Assembly (NCBI GenBank): GCA_050953835.1 | Contig: JBMNNH010000007.1 | Span: 14,607 to 78,606 of the forward strand | Direction: 5' to 3' | Source: Acetivibrionales bacterium | GTDB taxonomy: Bacteria > Bacillota > Clostridia > Acetivibrionales > JBMNNH01 | Length of the DNA stretch: 64,000 nt | In this document: positions 57,984 to 64,000 of the stretch, in pieces | How positions within the stretch are numbered: position 1 is the stretch's first letter | Layout of the letters: the number at the start of each line of letters is the position of its first letter | Made by a program: the position numbers and the translations under genes | Notes under the pieces: model-generated | Database searches by the model: none | What the model saw: only the letters and a program-made list of their open reading frames with translations | Told to the model about the DNA's origin: nothing

Positions 57984-58409
57984 TTAGCCTAATTCAATAA
58001 CTGAGTCAAGATCAGGAAGCATTATTACCCTGTTATCAGTTTTTGCTAACCCTTTTATAAACTCTTTCCTCAGACCGGAGAGAGTTTGCGGGACAGCTTC
58101 TATATTCTCTTCATCTAAGGCAATAATTTCTTTAACTTCATCTACTACCAACCCCACAAGGCTTGAACCAATACCGGCAATAATGAACCTTGTATCATCA
58201 TCATACTCTTTAAAAGGGATATTAAACCTTTTTCTAAGGTTAAGGAGCGTATGGACCTTTCCTCTCAGGTTAATTACACCTTCAACAAAATCAGGAGTGT
58301 TGGGTACTTTAAATACTTCCATGGGCTTTTCTATAATATTGACCTGTGTAATCTCTATACCAAATTCCTCCCCATCAAGAGTAAAAACCACGAATTGCTT
58401 TGTTGCCAT
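57984..58409 (-). CDS. cheW: Chemotaxis coupling protein CheW
   Basis: QFVVFTLDGEEFGIEI...VINLRGKVHTLLNLRKRF...LVGLVVDEVKEI. ATG 58409 lies 8 nt after GGGAGG. Confidence 0.85.
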   Translation of the reverse strand: MATKQFVVFTLDGEEFGIEITQVNIIEKPMEVFKVPNTPDFVEGVINLRGKVHTLLNLRKRFNIPFKEYDDDTRFIIAGIGSSLVGLVVDEVKEIIALDEENIEAVPQTLSGLRKEFIKGLAKTDNRVIMLPDLDSVIELG

Positions 58410-58683
58410 ATTATAAACCTCCCACAAATGATATAAAAAGCCCGTAAGTCGAATAAAACAGAGAAATGTCATATTCATAATTATACCAGTCATTCTATAA
58501 AACAGCAAGAGTTAAGGTGCAGAGGGCATATATTTTATGCATACCCCTAGATTTTTATTAGATTTGGTATTATTTTGTGAGTTTGATTTGACATCAAGGC
58601 TGAACGCTACAGGCTCTTAAGCTTGAAGCATCCGTTCCTGGAAGCATTTTCTTCACATGGTATTAAAAGGGATTAAAAAACAG

Positions 58684-58716
58684 CTCCTGCAAAATGGGGA
58701 GCTGTCTAATAAACTG
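58684..58716 (-). terminator. Intrinsic terminator after argJ
   Basis: On the minus strand: ACAGCTCC-ccattttgca-GGAGCTGT followed by TTTTT. Confidence 0.8.
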
Positions 58717-58720
58717 TGTA

Positions 58721-59923
58721 TTATGTCCTGTAGTTTCCATTAATCTTAATATAATCATATGATAAATCGCAGGTCCACATCCTGTCAGTGAATTCCCCGG
58801 ATTTCATATCAATGGTTATTTTTATCTCTTCATTTTTCAAAATATCTTTTGCAATACTCTCATCAAAACTGATTGCCGCTCCGTTTTTACATACCATCAA
58901 TTCACCTAAGAAAATATCAATAGTATCGGGGTCGAATTTTGCTCCGGAGTAGCCTACTGCGGTGATTATCCTTCCCCAGTTGGCATCTTCTCCAAACATG
59001 GCTGTTTTTACAAGGGGAGATTTAGCTACGGCGGATATTGCTTTATAAGCATCATCTTCACTGGGAGCACCATTTACCACTACTTCAATGAGCTTTGTTG
59101 AACCTTCCCCATCTTTGGCAATCATACGGGATAGATATGCACACACAAACTCAAGAGCATCCTTAAATTTTCTGTAGTCTGCATCATCCCTTACTATTCC
59201 GGTGTTGTCTCCCATACCATTGGCAAGAATCAGCACCATGTCACAAACACTGGTGTCTCCATCTACAGAAATCCTGTTGAATGTTTTTTTTGTTGCATCT
59301 TTTAAAGCTTTATCCAGCATTCCGCGGGATATATTTGCATCTGTTGTGATTATTCCAATCATAGTAGCCATATCTGGATGTATCATTCCTGAACCCTTTG
59401 CCATGCCGCCAATAACTATTTTTTCACCCTGTATATCCAATTCAACTGCTATTTCTTTTGGAAACAGGTCCGTTGTCATTATCGCTTCGGCAGCATCGTG
59501 GCCTCCTTCAGGCTCCATATTAGATATGAGCTCATCTATTGCCGGTATAATAGCCTCCATATCAAGAGGCACACCTATTACTCCAGTAGAGCCAATAAGT
59601 ATATCTTCCGGCTGGCACTCCAGCAATTCTGAGACACGGACAGCTATTTCCCTGGCATCTTTGTAACCTTGTTCGCCCAGACAGGCATTTGCATTTCCAC
59701 TGTTTATAACAATAGCATTAGCATAGCCGCTTTTTATATGTTCCATTGTTAGCTGAAGAGAATGGCCTTTGACCAAATTTGAAGTGAACACGCCTGAAGC
59801 TGCCGCAGCATCTTCTGAACAGACAATAGCTAGATCCTTTTTACCATCCTTTTTAATACCACATGCTATTCCAGTTGCAAAAAAACCTTCAGGGGCTGTT
59901 ACCCCACCGTTTATAATCTGCAT
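58721..59923 (-). CDS. argJ: Bifunctional ornithine acetyltransferase / N-acetylglutamate synthase
   Basis: GVTAPEGF, the autoprocessing site region ATMIGIITTDA, and the C-terminal CDLSYDYIKINGNYRT. Confidence 0.9.
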   Translation of the reverse strand: MQIINGGVTAPEGFFATGIACGIKKDGKKDLAIVCSEDAAAASGVFTSNLVKGHSLQLTMEHIKSGYANAIVINSGNANACLGEQGYKDAREIAVRVSELLECQPEDILIGSTGVIGVPLDMEAIIPAIDELISNMEPEGGHDAAEAIMTTDLFPKEIAVELDIQGEKIVIGGMAKGSGMIHPDMATMIGIITTDANISRGMLDKALKDATKKTFNRISVDGDTSVCDMVLILANGMGDNTGIVRDDADYRKFKDALEFVCAYLSRMIAKDGEGSTKLIEVVVNGAPSEDDAYKAISAVAKSPLVKTAMFGEDANWGRIITAVGYSGAKFDPDTIDIFLGELMVCKNGAAISFDESIAKDILKNEEIKITIDMKSGEFTDRMWTCDLSYDYIKINGNYRT

Positions 59924-60114
59924 CTAACTCCCCCCGAATATCATAAATAAACATTAAAATTATACAGCAATATAAAACTGTATTCAATAGGTTAACAATA
60001 ATTGGTGCATATTCTCTCTGTATGACCCAATAATTGTTGTTAGCCCACTTGACACAATATGCAATTTACTATATTATCAACTATAATATTGATAAAAGCT
60101 ATGTTATTTATAGG

Positions 60115-60357
60115 TAAAAAAGGATAAAAGCAGTGATTAAGAGGAGTAATCAGCTGAAGCCAAAAGAGAGGGGGAACCGCAGGCTGGAAGTTTTCCCAGG
60201 ATGAAGGCTGATGAAGGTAGCTTATGAGCTCTGCAGCTGAAAATAAGTAGGCTGCAGCGGTAAGAAACCGTTATATCAAGGAGTTGTCCCTTATAAAGGG
60301 AAAGTTTGGTGGTACCGCGGAAACAGCCTTTCGTCCAATGGATTGAAAGGTTTTTTT
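60115..60357 (+). promoter_or_regulatory. T-box leader (probable Val specifier GUA) with terminator
   Basis: AGAGAG distal motif; a specifier-loop candidate GAAGGUAGC; T-box sequence TTTGGTGGTACCGCGG (60305-60320); terminator CCTTTC-(12 nt)-GAAAGG + T7 (60327-60357). valS lies downstream. Confidence 0.8.
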
Positions 60358-60393
60358 AGTATTGTTATATTGTTTATTGGAAGGTGGTATTTA

Positions 60394-60636
60394 GTGCCTA
60401 TATTAAAAATATTAACTTTTGTTTTTCTCATTCCAGGCATTTTTACAATTTTTTCAGCCCGGTGGATGGTTAAAAAATTTTCACTTGATGAGAATATCAA
60501 GTGTGAGTATGAAGATAGTATGAGTGAGAATGAAGTGATGTTATATAAGAACAATAAGGCTGTGATAAATGTAAAAATGCTGGGAATGCTCATAGCGCTG
60601 CCGGGCTTTATAATGGCAGTAATTGCATTTAAATAG
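60394..60636 (+). CDS. Small two-TM membrane protein of unknown function, between the T-box terminator and valS
   Basis: 80 aa. GTG 60394 lies 6 nt after GGAAGGTGG. Hydrophobic ends (PILKILTFVFLIPGIFTIF; MLGMLIALPGFIMAVIAF) flank an acidic loop. The ORF-track start 60343 lies inside the terminator. Confidence 0.5.
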   Translation: MPILKILTFVFLIPGIFTIFSARWMVKKFSLDENIKCEYEDSMSENEVMLYKNNKAVINVKMLGMLIALPGFIMAVIAFK

Positions 60637-60674
60637 CTGAGATACATATAAGTTGAATTCGAAAGGAGATTATT

Positions 60675-63323
60675 ATGGATACAAATATCGCAAAAACATA
60701 TGACCCGAAGCAGGTTGAAGACAGATTATATAGTGAATGGATGGAAAAAGGGTATTTTCATGCTGAAATAGACCATCAGAAAGTACCTTTCACGATAGTC
60801 ATACCACCACCAAATATTACAGGGCAGCTTCATATGGGGCATGCCCTGGATAACACCCTTCAGGATATTATTATCAGGTTTAAGAGGATGCAAGGGTTCT
60901 GTACTCTTTGGCTTCCGGGAACTGACCATGCGAGCATAGCGACAGAAGCGAAAATAGTCGAAGCTATGGCAAAGGAAGGTATTACAAAGGAGGATATAGG
61001 AAGGGAGAAGTTTCTGGAGAAAGCCTGGGAATGGAGGAGAGTATATGGCGGAAGGATCGTTGAACAGCTTAAGAAACTCGGAAGCTCCTGCGACTGGGAC
61101 AGGGAAAGGTTCACAATGGATGAAGGCCTGTCCAGGGCTGTCAGGGAAGTGTTTATCAGGCTATATAAGAAAGGCCTTATTTACAGGGGAGAAAGAATAA
61201 TAAACTGGTGTCCCAAATGCAATACATCAATATCAGATGCTGAGGTTGAACATGAGGAGAAAGAAGGTAGTTTCTGGCATATCAAGTACCCGGTCAAAGA
61301 CAGTGATGAGTATATTGTTATTGCAACCACCCGCCCGGAAACTATGCTGGGTGACACAGCGGTAGCGGTTCATCCTGATGATGGAAGGTATAAACACCTT
61401 GTAGGCAAAAGGGTTGTACTGCCTCTTATGAACCGAGATATCCCAATAATTACCGACGAATATGTTGATAAGGAATTTGGGACGGGGGCGGTTAAGATAA
61501 CACCGGCTCACGACCCAAATGACTTTGAGGTAGGGTTGAGGCATAAGCTTGAGGTAATCAGGGTCATGAATGACGATGCCACTATGAATGAGCATGCAAA
61601 GCAGTATCAGGGCATGGATCGATATGAAGCGCGGCAGCAAATTGTTGAAGACTTGAAGAACCTGGGACTGCTGCTAAAAATAGAAGGGCATACTCATAAT
61701 GTTGGCACATGTTATAGATGCAGCACGGTTATAGAACCTATTGTTTCAAGGCAGTGGTTTGTTAAAATGAAGCCGCTTGCAGAGCCGGCAATAGAGGTTG
61801 TAAAGGACGGAAGGATTAAATTTGTGCCTGAAAGATTCTCTAAGATTTATTTTAACTGGATGGAAAATATCCAGGATTGGTGTATATCCAGGCAGCTTTG
61901 GTGGGGGCACAGGATTCCGGCATATTACTGTGAAAAATGCGGGTATATGGCTGTTGACTACAAGATGCCTAATAAATGCCCTAAATGCGGAAGCTCAAGA
62001 TTTACACAGGACGAAGACACCCTTGATACCTGGTTCAGTTCTGCGCTTTGGCCGTTTTCAACGCTGGGATGGCCTGAAGAGACCGAAGACCTAAAGTATT
62101 TTTACCCAACAAATGTTTTAGTAACAGGGTATGATATTATATTTTTCTGGGTAGCAAGGATGATTTTTTCCGGCATGGAATTTATGAATGAAAAACCCTT
62201 CGAGTATGTACTGATACATGGCCTTGTAAGAGACGCTCAGGGAAGGAAAATGAGCAAGTCACTGGGGAATGGCATTGACCCACTTGAAATAATAGACAAA
62301 TATGGTACCGATGCTCTAAGGTATACACTATCTATTGGCAATTCCCCGGGTAATGACCTGAGGTTTTCACCTGAGAAAATTGAAGCCAGCAGGAATTTTG
62401 CCAATAAGATATGGAATGCATCAAGGTTTGTACTTATGAATTTTGATGAGAATCTTGATTTTAGCAGTATTGACAGAAGTAAATTTAAGACTGAGGATAA
62501 ATGGATATTGAGCAGGGTAAACAGAGTTATAAAGGAAGTAACAGAGAATATGGAAAAATTCGAACTGGGAATTGCCCTGCAGAAAATATATGAGTTCATA
62601 TGGGAAGAGTTTTGTGATTGGTATATTGAACTTGTAAAGCCGCGCCTATATGACAGGCAAAATGATTCCAGGCTTGAAGCCCAGTATGTGTTAAATTATG
62701 TACTGAGCTCTGCCATGAAGCTCTTGCACCCGTATATGCCGTTTATCACAGAGGAGATATACCGCCACCTGGTAAATACGGATGAAAGCATCATGATTTC
62801 CAGTTGGCCTCAATATAAAGAAGAATATAACTACTCTGATGAAGAGAAGAAAATGGGCATGGTAATGACTGCAATTAAGAGTATCAGGAATATAAGGGCA
62901 GAAATGAATGTTCATCCTTCTAAAAAATCCAAAATAATATTTGTCGCTGCCGAAGAGGATAACAGGAAAACCATCCAGAAGGGTGAAAGGTTTTTTGTAA
63001 GCATGGCCGGTGCATCAGAGATTATTGCACAGAATGATAAATCAGGTGTGCCAGGTGATGCTGTGGCATCTATTATAGAAGGAGTAGAAATATTTATTCC
63101 TTTGGAAGATCTTATTGACATTGAAAAGGAAATAGAAAGGCTTGAAAATGAAAAGGAAAAACTGAAGAAGGAGCTTGACAGAGTTGCTTCTAAGCTGGGC
63201 AACAATGGCTTTATTTCAAAAGCACCGGCAAAAGTAGTGGAGGCGGAGAGGGAAAAGCAGAGTAAGTACCAGGAAATGTATGACAAAGTGGTTGAAAGGC
63301 TCGAAGGCTTAAAGAAGAGATAG
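60675..63323 (+). CDS. valS: Valine--tRNA ligase
   Basis: HMGH (HIGH-type) motif, KMSKS, and a C-terminal coiled coil. AGGAGA RBS. Confidence 0.95.
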   Translation: MDTNIAKTYDPKQVEDRLYSEWMEKGYFHAEIDHQKVPFTIVIPPPNITGQLHMGHALDNTLQDIIIRFKRMQGFCTLWLPGTDHASIATEAKIVEAMAKEGITKEDIGREKFLEKAWEWRRVYGGRIVEQLKKLGSSCDWDRERFTMDEGLSRAVREVFIRLYKKGLIYRGERIINWCPKCNTSISDAEVEHEEKEGSFWHIKYPVKDSDEYIVIATTRPETMLGDTAVAVHPDDGRYKHLVGKRVVLPLMNRDIPIITDEYVDKEFGTGAVKITPAHDPNDFEVGLRHKLEVIRVMNDDATMNEHAKQYQGMDRYEARQQIVEDLKNLGLLLKIEGHTHNVGTCYRCSTVIEPIVSRQWFVKMKPLAEPAIEVVKDGRIKFVPERFSKIYFNWMENIQDWCISRQLWWGHRIPAYYCEKCGYMAVDYKMPNKCPKCGSSRFTQDEDTLDTWFSSALWPFSTLGWPEETEDLKYFYPTNVLVTGYDIIFFWVARMIFSGMEFMNEKPFEYVLIHGLVRDAQGRKMSKSLGNGIDPLEIIDKYGTDALRYTLSIGNSPGNDLRFSPEKIEASRNFANKIWNASRFVLMNFDENLDFSSIDRSKFKTEDKWILSRVNRVIKEVTENMEKFELGIALQKIYEFIWEEFCDWYIELVKPRLYDRQNDSRLEAQYVLNYVLSSAMKLLHPYMPFITEEIYRHLVNTDESIMISSWPQYKEEYNYSDEEKKMGMVMTAIKSIRNIRAEMNVHPSKKSKIIFVAAEEDNRKTIQKGERFFVSMAGASEIIAQNDKSGVPGDAVASIIEGVEIFIPLEDLIDIEKEIERLENEKEKLKKELDRVASKLGNNGFISKAPAKVVEAEREKQSKYQEMYDKVVERLEGLKKR

Positions 63324-63395
63324 TGCTTCACATTGCAGGGAATATGGCTTGTGTTTGTGATATAATAAATTTAAAGATAAAATCCGGGTGATTAC

Positions 63396-64000
63396 ATGAA
63401 TTATGGATTTGTGCGGGTTGCGGCTGCGGTACCCAGGTTAAGAGTTGCAGATTGTAAATATAACGCTCAAAATATTATTGACTTGATAAATAAAGCGGAA
63501 GAACACAGTGTACAGTTTGTTGTTTTTCCAGAGCTTTCAATAACATCTTACACGTGCGGCGATTTATTCCACCAGAAAGCTCTGCTTGATTCTGCCAGAC
63601 AGTATCTTGGGGTTGTCCTTAAAGAAACAAGGGGTACACAGGTGGTTGCGGCTGTAGGAATCCCGCTTGTGTCCGATAATCAGTTATTTAACTGTGCTGT
63701 AATTATCCAAAGTGGAAGAATATTAGGAGCAGTTCCCAAGACTTTTATACCAGGATATGGGGAATTCTATGAGGAGAGATGGTTTGCCCCCGGGACAATG
63801 GCTCAAAATGATACCATCAGCCTATGTGGACAGCAGGTGCCTTTTGGCACAGACTTGCTGTTTGAGGCGGAGGAGAATAATCATGTGTGTTTCGGGGTGG
63901 AACTTTGTGAGGATCTGTGGGCGCCGATACCACCAAGCTCATATCAGGCAATGGCAGGTGCGGTTCTGTTGTTCAACCTGTCAGCAAGCAATGAGATAAT
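63396..64000 (+). CDS. nadE: Glutamine-dependent NAD+ synthetase, N-terminal CN-hydrolase domain (3' end outside the window)
   Basis: MNYGFVRVAAAVPRLRVADCKYNAQNI...VVFPELSITSYTCGDLF...GVELCEDLW. The frame is open to the window end, so it is absent from the ORF track. Confidence 0.8.
   Translation, partial: MNYGFVRVAAAVPRLRVADCKYNAQNIIDLINKAEEHSVQFVVFPELSITSYTCGDLFHQKALLDSARQYLGVVLKETRGTQVVAAVGIPLVSDNQLFNCAVIIQSGRILGAVPKTFIPGYGEFYEERWFAPGTMAQNDTISLCGQQVPFGTDLLFEAEENNHVCFGVELCEDLWAPIPPSSYQAMAGAVLLFNLSASNEI

Noticed and set aside
1-64000. Search for mobile elements, prophage blocks, defence islands, and tRNA or rRNA genes.
   Set aside because: No transposase, integrase, recombinase, restriction-modification, toxin-antitoxin or cas-like proteins are in the ORF set. 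No cloverleaf-like or rRNA-like GC-rich segments stood out other than the two structured elements reported above.

Overview
AT-rich, tightly packed chromosomal segment that looks like core genome of a cellulolytic, probably thermophilic Clostridia-class Firmicute. That placement is an inference from SLH domains, a GH1 beta-glucosidase that from memory resembles Clostridium thermocellum BglA, Gram-positive riboswitches and a T-box leader. I call about 47 protein genes, mostly housekeeping or transport. They include L25/Ctc, uvrB, uvrA, a parE/parC-like type IIA topoisomerase pair, valS, argJ, aspartate kinase, a type III-like glutamine synthetase, a ClpE-like ATPase, motA/motB, cheW, and nadE (3' partial). 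There are also three ABC uptake systems, a sorbitol-dehydrogenase/ROK/PfkB sugar module and a 2819-aa cyclic beta-1,2-glucan synthase-like giant. Four cis-regulatory RNAs are readable directly: preQ1-I upstream of queT, TPP upstream of thiT, lysine upstream of an NhaC-type transporter, and a Val T-box upstream of valS. I saw no rRNA, tRNA, CRISPR array, transposase, integrase or recognisable defence genes. The most unusual signal is a 753-bp gene-free gap (37587-38339). It holds two diverged, oppositely oriented copies of a ~220-230 nt GC-rich element. Each folds as a long stem capped by a three-way junction, with nine compensated base-pair changes between the copies and A(N)GGA hexaloops. This is a candidate undescribed structured RNA pair. 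Other points worth a second look: a GH18-SLH gene broken by two compensating homopolymer frameshifts; a TVP38 gene whose only RBS-positioned start is ATA; an orphan TcdE-type holin with a long C-terminal extension; a small membrane ORF inside the T-box-valS unit; matching LexA-like boxes upstream of uvrB and the parE-like gene; and several operator-like repeats. All calls rest on reading the sequence and recalling protein and RNA family motifs. No database search was run.
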